The notes beneath the pieces are model-generated. The model made no database searches. It was not told the origin of the DNA and saw only the letters and a list, made by a program, of their open reading frames with translations. The position numbers and the translations under genes were made by a program. Positions 50,901 through 64,000 of a DNA stretch of 64,000 nucleotides are shown here, one piece after another. Location of the stretch: positions 907,982 through 971,981 of the forward strand of contig RHPI01001037.1 of NCBI GenBank assembly GCA_009103225.1. The letters run 5' to 3'. Position 1 is the stretch's first letter. Each line of letters starts with the position of its first letter. The DNA is from Chlorokybus atmophyticus. Taxonomy: Eukaryota > Plantae > Mesostigma and Chlorokybus algae.

Positions 50901-53900
50901 TGTGGTGGCTCCAATGCACTGCACCTCGCCCCTAGCCAACGCTGGCTGCGCGATAACATGTGTGTTAACACTACTCTAATACAGAGGAGCGGAATGATGT
51001 AAAGTTCCCAACACTCGAGTTGACTGCTTCGCTGGACTCACACTGCACTGGCACCTACCTTGAGAATGTTGGCGACATCCATGCCACCGTTCATACTTCC
51101 GGCGCCCACAACAGTGTGAAGCTCGTCCATAAAAAGAATGGCCTCTCCTTCAAGTCCTATTAGCTCGTCAAGAAGGCCTTTGCAGCGAGCCTCCATCTCT
51201 CCACGATGCTGGCAATGCATGCATATATGTCAGTCCTGTCTTGTTGCAATTGATAATCAAACACCACGCCTTTTCTCAATTGTTCCTGCAAACTTCACAT
51301 AAATGAACAGAAAGAGCATGCATACCGCACTGCCTGCAAGCATTCCTGGTAGATCCAGCGCAAAGATCCGCTTGCCCTCAAGGAAGCTAGGAACCTGAAC
51401 CAAGCAGAACATTACGACTCATAACAACGTGCTTATGCGCAGTCACATGCAAATGACAGTGACAACCAACTGCCATACCTCCTCCGCGACAATTCGCTGC
51501 GCCAAGCCTTCCACAATGGCTGTCTTCCCTATTCCAGGTTGGCCCAGTATGACCTGCGAACCAACACTGCTGTCAGTTATCAGCACAGGGAAAGCATCCT
51601 ACTTCAAGGACAAGCGTATGAGTCTGCGCGGGAGTGCATGGCGAGTCCGTGTTTAGGTGGGGGATGGAGAGGGACATGGAATTGGTTTCCATGACCGTCT
51701 TTGTGGCAAATGCAGAGGCCCCTTTGATCCCCCCCCCCCCTCCTTCTCTTGCAAGGGAGAGGGGGGACGAGAGGGGGGCGGGGGGACTCCATGCGTGTTC
51801 ACTTGTGTGTATGATGTGCCATGGGGTGTACAATACCGCTATCTCACCGCATTGCTCTTGGATCTCCTTGCCAAGATCTGGATGATACGTGTGACTTCAA
51901 TGTCCCTTCCAGTGACAGGGTCCAGTACCCCCTCGCGTGCAAGTGCAGTAAGGTCGATGGCAAAGCGTTCAAGATACGGCGTGTGCAGGGGTCGCTTCGA
52001 ACGGGCAGGTTTGTCTTCAGCACCTTCACTTGAAGTGGCAGGGTCGGCCTGTGTGGGTAGATCAGGGAGACCTTGTAGCCGGCGGGTAGCTGCATCGCGC
52101 AGCTGTGCATGTGACACGCCCAATCGTTCCAGAACCCTGTAATGTAGATTGCAAACGTTGTCATGAGAGAAGGTGAATATGCTCAACACTTGTAAACTAG
52201 TGGTTATAGAAAGTGGTTATTTAAAAAATATTACTACACTGAAAGTTTCCCCGTCCAGGTGGGAAATAAGAGGGGGTGGAGGGGGTGGGGGGGAATGTAC
52301 CTCAATGCTACACCGTAGTAGTCTGCTGCAAGCGAGATCACCAGATGTTCAATGGTGACCAGCTGTGGATCGTTATTAGCAGTGCGAACATCTGCAGCAG
52401 CTTGCTCACAGACGCGGCGGAATCCGTTGGAGAACAAGACCCTGCCCGGGATGGTGGCTTCACCCCTGGCCTCTGCCTCTTCCAATGCAGCAACAATGGT
52501 TCGCTCTCTGGCCTCCAGCACCAAAACGTCTTCGTAAAGCCGCTGCCTGGCAGACTGTGTTGCTCGCGTAGCGCTCGTGTGCAGGTGTGCTTTTGCCCTC
52601 TGCTTCTGATAACGCACCCCAGCCAGCTGCCTCAGGAGAGTTGGAACCTGAGGCCGTGCTTCATGAACTACATGCACCTCTGCATGCAACAACAACCATA
52701 GCTCAGTAGACTTCTGCTGTCTGTCAACTCAGCACACAGCGCTGACACTAAACATGCATCAGCTGGGAGGCTGCAATTGAACGAAGGCACCAGTGATGTG
52801 AAACTCACCTGCTTCTGCCTCCCTATGGACTGCCAAGCTTGTTGCTGGCGGCGACAGTGCAGATGATAGTGCGTTGCGGGCCTGTTCCAATGTGATAGGC
52901 GCGCCCAGGAATGCATGGCTTTCGCCCCTTGCTTGCTGCTCCTCAGCAACCAAGCCAAGCAGCAGGTGCCCTGTGTTCACTTGATTGTGTGACAACCTGC
53001 ACAAAGAGCACACGATGAGCTGACATGGTGAGCAGCATATAAAAGATAAGCCGATCAGCACTGTGCAGCAGAGCGCCCAGTTGTAAGTGCAAGCTGTGGA
53101 GCCAACAGTATGTCTAGCTAGTAGTTGCACAATTTCACAATACACAGCACTCAGCGCCCTAGACATGCCTACATGGCAAATGCTGACGCGCATGCAGCAC
53201 GTCAGTTCTGAAAGATGCCAGGCAAAGAAACGCTAGGATTGCGTGCAAACTGGAGGTACTGTCAAGAAAGTGCGCAGTGACTGTCATGTAACTCATCGAC
53301 TGCGCACTTAGATCTGAATGTATAAACGTGATCAACAGTATGTTACTGCTATATTGGAGATGACACACACGACAGCATGCCACTCCAGCAACTTGACAAC
53401 TTCAAAACAAGCAGGCAGTTGTCAAGCAAGGCCATGATGACTACGCGCCACTAGTATGTGAATTGACGAGTATGAGTGATGGAATGTCCTCCGCATGCGA
53501 ATTGACACCGCCAATGGCACAAATGGCTCGGAACCGTTGAAACCAATCTCACCGGCGTGCTCCGTTGACAGCAGAGCAGGGCCGTAGCCACGGGCAAGAA
53601 AACAGCGTTTCAAGCACACAATTGTGCTGGTGTTGAATTGTATGTGAATTGTGCATCTGTTGAGTGACTAGGTGGGCAGTTCACCTTTGCGCTTCAAATT
53701 TGGCGAGCTCGATGACTCTTGTGGCACGCTCATCGAAGTTGTGCAGTGCGGAGCGAGTGACTAGGCTGCGTGTGGGAGGCGAGCTGCAAGGCAACGAAGC
53801 TGAATTACGCTTCTGTTGGGGTCGCAAGCCTTTCCAAGCTATTAACCGTCGCTGTCCGCAGCCAGAGCTAGCAATTGGCCTGCTGGCCACGGCAGCAGCT

Positions 53901-54010
53901 GCGGCAGCACCAGGAGGGGAGGCAGCATGGCAATTCGTGCCCCTTCTGCTGCCCACATGGGTCACAGACGCCAGGCCGCATACCCAGACATGTCCAAGGC
54001 TCACCGCCAT
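47969..54010 (-). CDS. CLPD: Plastid Hsp100/Clp ATPase of the ClpC/ClpD type (ClpD-like N-domain), multi-exon, with an N gap inside an intron
   Basis: Transit peptide, then Clp-N ([13 protein letters not shown]; [11 protein letters not shown]; IEHLVISL). NBD1: [38 protein letters not shown]2: [52 protein letters not shown]. ClpP-docking MGF loop. ClpC versus ClpD is not resolved. Confidence 0.9.
50114..50729. other. Assembly gap flanked by C-runs, within a Clp intron
   Basis: N run in the sequence. Confidence 0.99.
51636..51794. mobile_element. MITE-like G/C-rich intronic insertion, 159 bp
   Basis: Imperfect terminal inverted repeats gcatggcgagtcc / ggactccatgc, GT on both outer sides (possible 2-bp target-site duplication), and internal G-runs and C-runs. 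Confidence 0.45.
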
Positions 54011-54129
54011 GCCCCCTCACCTCTAACCACACGCCGACGACGCTGACGACGACAAACACCCCACCGCCGCTCTTCTCCCCGACAAGGCGGTGTTTGGCAC
54101 TGCGGCTGCCGTCCGTATTGCCACGCCCG

Positions 54130-54670
54130 GGGTTTAACGCGGTGATGTTTAACTGGTGGCGGGAGAGCCTTATTAACTCCCCATGCCACTGATATCGGAG
54201 ATCTTGAACTGCTGGAGAGTTTCCTCTGCGGGGGCGAGCGTGCGCCTTGTCGACGATACAGAGGAACTCTGGTTAGAGCTAACCGCTGTTACTCCGAACG
54301 CCGCCGTGTTGCGTGCGTGGAAAGTGCAAGGCGGACATCACCACATTGTTTTGCGCCACGCTTATGACCGCAATCCCGTGACGCGCAAGATCGTTTGTCC
54401 GGGCAAACTTGTGGAGAAGGCGCTCATCCTACCCGACAACCGGCATCAGTTGCCGGGCGCATGCGACAGTGTCCGGTAGCACTTGTCGGCTGTCATCAAG
54501 TTGATTGATCACATTTCCGAGCGTAAGTCCGAGGGCGTGTGCCGTGTTCGACACCCACTCCGCCGTGGCAATCATGCAGCGGGATTTGCTAGCAGAGGAC
54601 GCTTTTTGCCGCCACTCCCCACTCGCGCGCGCGAACTGCCGTTGCGTGCGCACTCAGCTCGCGGAGTGAT
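54130..54670 (-). pseudogene. Possible decayed intronless SF2 helicase ATPase domain
   Basis: One frame with stops at 54654, 54429, 54279 and 54273 gives ordered motif-like segments: I ASSASKS, Ia LGLTLGNVINQL, Ib IAVISVAQ, II FLCIVDKAH, III LNITALNP, at plausible spacing. The in-register antisense frame is nearly open. Confidence 0.45.
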
Positions 54671-55629
54671 CCCCACCACCCCTTCCGTACCCCTCATTGC
54701 GACTGCTATTCAATAAAATGAGTTCCGTCATCTGTCGGTTGTAAAGTCATGTGCTGGCAATGTATCAATGCAGAACACTTAGGTGCCGCAAAACTGAAGC
54801 AACACTACCGGTGTGCTGCCGGCCGTTAATAGGGGTTTCAAGTCCTACCAACCACGTGGAATGCTGATACCAGGGATCCACCATCATTGGCGAGCACGAC
54901 GGTGCTGACGTGCAAATATGTGCTAACGTTGCTCAACTTTAACGTGCCATTGTACATGTGCTTCATCACTCTGAGTGTCCCATCACATGGGAAATAACGT
55001 TTTCAGGTGGTCGGGCAAGTAGGCCTAATGCGCGCCACTCAAGGCTTGGCGTGCAATAGCTTTCACTAATTAACATGAGCGCACAGCCTACCCGCGAGCT
55101 GCTGTGATTGGCTCACAGCGCTTGGCCCCTCTGTCTGACTGTGCGATGTGATCGCCACAATCGCAGTGTGTGACAGCATCACATGATGAGGGTCAGTATT
55201 TGAATTTGAGGATTGGGTGGCTGAAAGGGCAGATGTGCGCTGCACACCGCGAGCTAGTTCAAAGAGCGACCTGCCCAGACGAGGACCAAGGTGCCACGGT
55301 GGTCGCGCCACTGATGCCACGTAAATGTCACACTGTCATGGAGTCCAAAAGTGCGCGCGGATGTCGCACGACAATGTCAATCAGGGGATGGCTTTTAAAG
55401 CCGCTTTTCCAACTGTACATGTACATCCTAGACCGGAGGAGCCGAAGGTAACGCTTCAATCTGTAACGCAACAAATGCATGGTTGCCATGATATTCGTAA
55501 CTTTGCGATAATTGCGGTTGAAGCTGTTCAATGCCTAATGCCTTGTGCTACCAATACAGCTTAATTATTGTGCATTATGCAACCTTTGATCGTCATATGT
55601 CATGTCATTATTTTAGTCAAAGATGAAAG

Positions 55630-55681
55630 GCTACCCTTCAATTTAATCATTGCGTCCGCAATGATTAAATTGAAGGGTAGC
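55630..55681. repeat. Perfect inverted repeat with 25-bp arms and a 2-nt spacer
   Basis: gctacccttcaatttaatcattgcg-tc-cgcaatgattaaattgaagggtagc. Confidence 0.95.
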
Positions 55682-57043
55682 GGGGGGGTCGCGCAAGACC
55701 ACGTTGTTTGCATATTTACATTTTAACTGCAAGATATACACTTCTTACACTTATTAATGTGTGGTTGTGTATTGCATAATGTTATGCTAATGTTATACAT
55801 GGTGTGAGGCTTGTGTGGATGCTTTAAAGGGATAAACCTGAGAGAGCAAGTACGACAATAGGCATATCCGATATTGCGTAGATGAATGTGTGGCGTTGTA
55901 TTGCATGATAGTGTGGTATCGGTGGACACGAATGTGAGATTTATGTGGCTGCTTTGAGGGCTAGTAATGCCTAGAGAGCAAGCAAAGCCGGTTGGCAAAT
56001 TTAACGTATTATGCACAGCAACGGCAATGCGTAATATACTACTGCGTGTATGATGTGAACCATGGGCACCCTTCATTACACTTGACGCTGCAAACGACGG
56101 AGGACGTACAATCGATTGTAAAGATAGCTGCGCGAAGCACACTCTGAGCGATAAGTGTGCTTCCAATCCAAGGCGACACAAAAAACAACAAACACACAAA
56201 CCACAGGGAGGAATGATGTAATAAGGGTTTACAACAATTTACAATGTAACTTGGTATGCGCACAACATACCTTAGCGTGGAAATCATTTCATCATCTACA
56301 TAATTCCTTTCACACCACCATTGCGTCTAGCTTGAGTGGAAATTGCGTGATGCTAATGTGGAAATTTGCTTGCACCTATACATTACCTTCCTCCCCTATC
56401 CACGCCAACAACATATGCGCACAATGCATGCTTGTCTTAGCCCGGTGGTCATGGTCATAATTGTGGTCATGGTCATGTTCATGGTCATGTATGCGGTATA
56501 TAGAGGTCAGTTGGTGTGATGTGATGTGTTGCGCATAATGCATGTGCAATACCCACTTGCGTGTTGCTTAGTAAATGCACATAGCTCGACGCGCTATCCT
56601 CTCTCGATATTAACCCTCACTAGGAGAGAGAGAAAACCATGCAATTAATACAACATACAACTTATTAGGGGCCCTTCTATTTCCTGTATACACGCAATGA
56701 CAGCAGGTGCGTAGCTCCTCTATCCATGCGAAGCATGGAAGCATGCTAGACTTCCTATCTTGTTGTACACAATGTTTTGTAGCGACTTTCTGAGACTGTT
56801 ACCACGCGCTGGTCGCCATGTTCTTGCATTTATCTCGCAACTACGGCAATAACAGCAGCGAGGCAGTTTGCAGACCAGACAGACTGCTTGCTGTCTGGTT
56901 TGCAGGTAACCACTCTTATGACCACACTGTCCACATATCATCTTGAAAGCTGCAGGCTCGTTACGAGCAAATGCCACATAGGTATGCAGCAAAGACTGGG
57001 AATAAGCAGTTGGGTGGGCCTTGCAACTTGTGCAGACGAGACC

Positions 57044-59002
<1,959 letters not shown>

Positions 59003-59546
59003 CCCCCCTCGCCTTGCCTTTAAGTCCCGCCTACCCTAACTGCGCTACACACCGTGTCTCACACTGACCCAAAAAGCACAAGAGAAACGCTCTCCTTTCT
59101 TGCCTCAATACAAACCCTCCATCCACAGTGTCCACCTTTACTAATTCTCATTTAGCGTTTCTCTTTCATATGCCTAACACCTGTTGCAGTCGCTCTCACG
59201 CAAGCGTTGCTTGACATGCGCAATGCATGGCCATGCCTAACCTACGGCGTCCCAGGCTCTCAATCAGCGGTAGCAGCTACCCACGACAACACACACTGTT
59301 AAGCCCACGCGCTTGCAACGCATAACACACAGCAGAAGCCCCTACTCAACGAAAGCTGCGGACGACAACACCTACGACGTCACCGCCGTCGCCGCCGCAA
59401 GCTAGGTTGGCCTGCCAGCCATCTCAGCTGGCAGATCTCCTAATGTGCAATGCATTGATTTGATGAGCAAAGCACAGCAGATTCTGCTAGCTTGCAAGTG
59501 TGGGTGTAGTTGCTGTGTTAGTGGGCGGCGGTGGCGGTGGCTGTAG

Positions 59547-62500
59547 ATGCAAGCGAGCCGTGCGGTTGGCTGCTTGCAGCTTGGACGGACGAGTGTTGAG
59601 GTGCGGGGCAGCTGCGCAGCGCTAGCTTCAAGCTGCGGGAGCAGGCTTGGAGTTCAAGGAAGGAGTGACAAGCAGCTGCTGCTAGAGGGGAGTGGGAAGC
59701 TTGCAGGCTGGGCATTGCGCCGGAGCACTGCTACTTTGACCAGTGTTAGAAGAGCTGGTCCTCACTTTGTGGTCTGTTGCGGAGCTGCTATGGCGACCAA
59801 TGCGCCTGCTGCCTCCCAGGGGCCGTCCCTTGCCGACGCCTCCGCACCTGCTCCCAGGCTCCTGCTGGTGTCCGACCTGGACTCTACCATGGTACAAACC
59901 TGGTCATCCAACTGCATGTCGCTCAAACCGTTATTACAGTCAAACCTATGTATCGATGCGCAAATACCGCAGCAGTGCACACATTGCATTGCCCCCAAGC
60001 ATGCTCATGTTTCTGGGCGAGAGTCGTGCTGTGATGGTTGCTGTGTGAGGTGAAGTGTTAATCTTTTCTGTCAAGGTGGATCATGAGGACCCGGATCACA
60101 CCTCCCTGCACCGCTTCAATGAGGTGTGGACGTCCCAATGCGCTCATGATTCGCTGCTGGTCTTCTCCACTGGCCGCTCCCCAACAATGTACCAAGAGCT
60201 GCGGGTGCGTTGATGACGTGTGTGCTAATGTGCATGCAAGTGTCGATACACACTTTTCTGAGTGCTGCACGCTGTGTGCATGATGTGTGTGCTGGCGCAT
60301 TTACAGCTTGCATATGCTTTCTCTCTCAGGATGAGGCGCCGCTCATCACGCCGGACATCCGCGTGATGTCGGTTGGCACGGAGATCTTTATTGGCGCGGA
60401 TGATAAGCCAGACGAGGGCTGGCTGAAGAAGCTCGACGAGGGCTGGGACAGGAAGGTTGTTGAGGAGGTCACAAAGGGTTTCTCTGAATTGAAGCTGCAG
60501 GTACGCAGTTACATGCTGCAATCCTGTTTTTCTGTTGTTATTCTGTTGACCGCAGTTCGGTGGTGCAGACGGTACATAACTTGGTGCTTTGCATGTGCCT
60601 GTCAACTATGCCAAGCACGCATACAAAATGTGTGTGGGTGTTTGCCAAACTGTTTGTGCACTAAGCAACACTATCAGATTAGCAGTTAGAGTGCGTAGTT
60701 TCTCATGTGGTTGTGACATGCATGTTGGTGTGACTGCAGAGAGAGAGTGAACAGCGGCCACACAAAGTGAGCTTCAACATCGATCCTGCAACCAGTGAGA
60801 AGGTGATTCCCATCCTGAAGGCCAAGCTTCTCGAGCGAGGGGTAATCTACACTCGACATGCCGCATGTAAATGCATGAACGCAGCGAGTGCGACACGTCC
60901 ATCCTGTAGCGTGTGAGTTCCAACTGGCTTGAGTTCCTGGGCCGTCCTTATGTAGGTGGAGGCGAAGTTGGTATACTCGGGCTCTTGGGATCTGGATGTG
61001 ATGTCAAAGAATGCTGGAAAGGGCCAGGCTTTGTCGTACATTGTTGAAAAGCTGGCGGCGCAGCACCGCTCGCCAACCAGGGGTACGTCCATTGCACACG
61101 ACGCTGATTTCAGTATGTATTCAACCAGTGTTGTAACACAAAAACAAATGAGACCTCCACTTCAGGCATTCTGGTGTGCGGGGATTCAGGCAATGACGCA
61201 GAGTTGTTTACCGTACCTCGTGTACATGGCTGCATGGTGAGCAAAACACAACTCCACTATAGGTAGCTCGCGATACCCGTTGGCCGTATGTCATGGGTTC
61301 TGAGTCGCTGTCTTGCTGGTGGCAGGTCTCCAATGCCATGAAGGAGCTGAAGGAGTACTGTGACGCCCATCCCGACATTACTGTGCACCGCGCAACTCAG
61401 CGGTGTGCTGGTGGCATTGTTGAGGCCATGGAATCTTTTGAGTTCATTCCTTTGCCACTGCTTGTGGGAGCACCTCCATTGACGGTGAGAGCAGCGTGCA
61501 GCATGCAGGCACCGAACATGCACGCTTATTACTCCATATAGTGACAGACCTTCCCTGTACAGATGGGCTTGAGCTGCGCATCAGCTGGCAGCATGCATGC
61601 GTTGCTTGTGGATACATTCCGCTGGCTAACACAGGTACAGACGGCACATCTTAGTTTACCTAGTTTAAACCAGTCCTCTTGTGCTTATGGTTTGCTAATT
61701 CGCCTCGATGCCCCGAGTGCAGTGGTATAGGGGAGAGTCTGAGAACACAGATGACGAGTGGCAAAGGCTTGCGAAAATCTTTGTAAGTGGGCACTGGTTA
61801 GACTTTACCTGTCGTCGTGGCATACGAATGCAGAAGGTTGTGCCTCCTGTTGGAACGTTCCCAAGCACCAATCTAACTTTAATGCTCTTGCTTGGACCAG
61901 GCTGCAGAGTTTAGCATTGTTGTGCCGTCTGGGCAAGTGTTGAGTCGGGAGCAGATGCTCAGGCAGCTGCGTGGGCAACATGGGCGCGAGAGCAGCCACG
62001 GCAACCACTTCTATGCGTGGGTGGACCGCGTGCATCCCGTCGTCAGTGGCGCCAACCTCCGCGTGGCAACCTTCACCGAATTGCATGAGGCCCACGGTTC
62101 AGGTGCGCAGCGAAAGTCGTGACCGCGCTGCTTCGTGTATGCATGCCTGTCTGCAGTATGCGTATATGTCTCTGCGTATGTCAGTGGTAGATGAGTCAGG
62201 TGCTGTTGTGCACCATACTCAAATAGCATGTATCTGCCTCACTCGTTCTCGGCTTGCTGTGGCTGAGTGGCTTCTTTCTCCTTTCTTTTCAGGCAAGCGG
62301 GTTGCCAAGCAGAATACACTGGTGTTCCGAGAAAAGGTAGTTGGCTTTTGATATGAAGGCACACACTGCTGCGATGAAGTCAATGCCTGTGCATGTGGGC
62401 GTGCGTGCATGCATGCATAGTCGTGCCTACCCTTGCTGTACGTGTGCAGTAATCGCAGTCGTCATCCAGGTGGCACCTCTCTAATTGCAGCAAAGATGTG

Positions 62501-62626
62501 CCTTGCGTGCCTGCATAGGCATGTTTGCAATCAGAAGCTCATTTGGATAATTGAGGATGTGATTTGCAGGAGGGCTCGCCACATGGTCTGGAGTGGGTGC
62601 ACCTGCATGAAACCAGGCTCGGGTGA
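59547..62626 (+). CDS. SPP: Sucrose-phosphate phosphatase (HAD domain plus S6PP C-terminal domain) with an 81-aa in-frame N-terminal extension, multi-exon
   Basis: [13 protein letters not shown]|VDHEDPD; [10 protein letters not shown]; [13 protein letters not shown]; EQRPHKVSF; [24 protein letters not shown]; [13 protein letters not shown]; GCM|VSNA; RCAGGIVEA; C-terminal FYAWVDRV and LEWVHLHET. In-frame ATGs at 59547 and 59790. Confidence 0.93.
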
Positions 62627-63779
62627 AGGTGGTATAAAAATTGAGGGGCTGAACTTGTCTGGATCAAGGTTCTTGTAAGCGTGTTTCTTATGAGATTCCC
62701 TGTTGATGGCTAGAGGCGCTTATGCTGCTAGACTGCCGTTGTGTCTACTGGCTTGGTTGGTAGTAAAGAACTGATAGCGAGATATGCACATCATGTCTAC
62801 TCTGTGACCATTGCATCGTGTACAGAATATGCAAGTAATTCATGCAACAAGCACGACACATGCATCGTGCACAATGCTCACCATCATGCAGCGTTTTCCA
62901 CCACCGCGGCTCACGTACACTGATATTACTTAGCTGCTCTCAGTACTGCTTCAAACCCGCGTTAGACATACATGCAATGGTGTAGTGTGCGGACTGCATG
63001 CATGTTTGCTACATTCTCATGCATGCCACAATCCTTGAATACTATATTATATACACGTGTGTCGGTTACCTGCACACTTCGCAATAACTGCATCGCACAT
63101 CATCACTCAATGCTGCGGTGTGCGCTTCGGTCATCAATTTGCACACGGATAGCAATATGTGAGGTACATCATGTTTGAATGTTGTTGCCTTGCTGTCGTG
63201 CTGTTTGGATCTGCTCAGAAGCCTGATGTCATGCAGCTTAGAGTTATGTCATGAAGGGATGTGGTGGTGTAGGTGTGCTATTGCTAGTGGATGTGCACTC
63301 GACAGCATGCACATTAGCTGGCTGGCTTGCCATAGCCGATTATCAAATGGTAGGTCGCACTCGCTTCGCTCGTCGCGACATTAGCCGTATCGCCTCCTTA
63401 CTCGTTTGATATCCTGTACATGTTGGCCAGCCTCTTGGCGTTCCTGGTGCTTGGTGCATTTATGCATTTTGCGCAGTTGGTTAAGCATTCAGTGCTCTAT
63501 GTAACGTACATGCTTAGTGTGATGTCATCACAAATACCTTGAAGTGTGCCTCGTGCGATTCAACCCACATTTGTGCAGCGAGTCTAAAAAAGGGAAGAGT
63601 TTTGTCTAATACCCCCTTGACTTGTTAATGCAGAAATAGATACAAGGTTTGCTACAACTGCAACCACACTGCAGGCAGCTTTCTATTAGACAACATCTGT
63701 AAACAGGAAGCTACCAGCTGCAGTGTGGTAGGATAATATTAATGTGAAGTCATAAATCAAAGAAGAAAGTATTAAAAAA

Positions 63780-63867
63780 GCTCACTTGTGAAATTGGTGA
63801 AATTGGTAAAGACGGCAGACTCAAAATCCGTTCCTATTGGTTATTGGTTCAAGTCCGATAGTGAGTA
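63780..63867 (+). pseudogene. trnL: Organelle/bacterial-type tRNA-Leu(CAA) pseudogene in an AT-rich island (probable NUMT)
   Basis: Acceptor stem GCTCACT/AGTGAGT; T arm ATTGG-TTCAAGT-CCGAT; anticodon loop CT-CAA-AA; class II variable region. Damaged by a duplicated tgaaattg in the D arm and by stem mismatches. Confidence 0.75.
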
Positions 63868-64000
63868 AATAGACTAAGGTAAATATGTTACCCTACATTT
63901 AAAGCGAGCAACAAAATTCTACATCTAACAGTGCACATTCGTTTAGCACTTTACTCTAATTCGCTTCACTGCACTTTGATTTACAACCGTAGCAAATGTT

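Noticed and set aside
53268-53309. Shorter stems (11 bp here; about 14 bp at 56869-56904; 8 bp at 59412-59434)
   Set aside because: Short or wide-looped stems in TGCA-rich DNA that are not tied to splice sites; not distinguishable from background.
54130-54670. Stop-to-Gln genetic code, or C-to-T hypermutation inferred from the stops in the helicase-like frame
   Set aside because: Bona fide genes here end in TAG or TAA (ELG1, isochorismatase, OPI10, CEP131). Every stop codon starts with T, so derivation from CAR or CGA proves nothing.
56609-56622. attaaccctcacta, matching the T3 promoter core
   Set aside because: Short match that diverges immediately, with no other vector sequence nearby.

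Overview
Eukaryotic nuclear DNA: intron-rich, about 50% GC, with CA/TG-rich introns and four N gaps. The gene set suggests a flagellate green alga, probably an early-branching streptophyte. This is an inference from ROP, sucrose-phosphate phosphatase with its C-terminal domain, a ClpD-like chaperone and ALDH22 sitting next to CEP131; the species cannot be named from sequence alone. Hand-spliced genes: an IDD/WIP/STOP1-type C2H2 transcription factor (-), ELG1/ATAD5 (-) head-to-head with an isochorismatase-family gene (+), ROP GTPase (-), CEP131 (-), ALDH22 (-), a plastid ClpC/ClpD-type Hsp100 (-), and OPI10/Hikeshi-like (-) head-to-head with SPP (+). The accessory region at about 10.8-24 kb is a tandem array of a duplicated unit carrying an F-box gene with an unrecognised, fast-diverging C-terminal domain (one intact copy, two pseudogenes, one fragment). 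Other notable items: an SPP with a transit-peptide-like extension; a ROP with a variant switch II and a CTIS CaaX box; a Clp protein with an extra UVR-like motif; a possible decayed SF2 helicase just upstream of the Clp gene; long inverted repeats, two covering 5' splice sites; G/C-rich insertions; three GC-AG introns; and an organelle-type tRNA-Leu pseudogene. Exon boundaries and family calls come from manual translation and motif recall, with no database searches. CDS coordinates are gene spans including introns.
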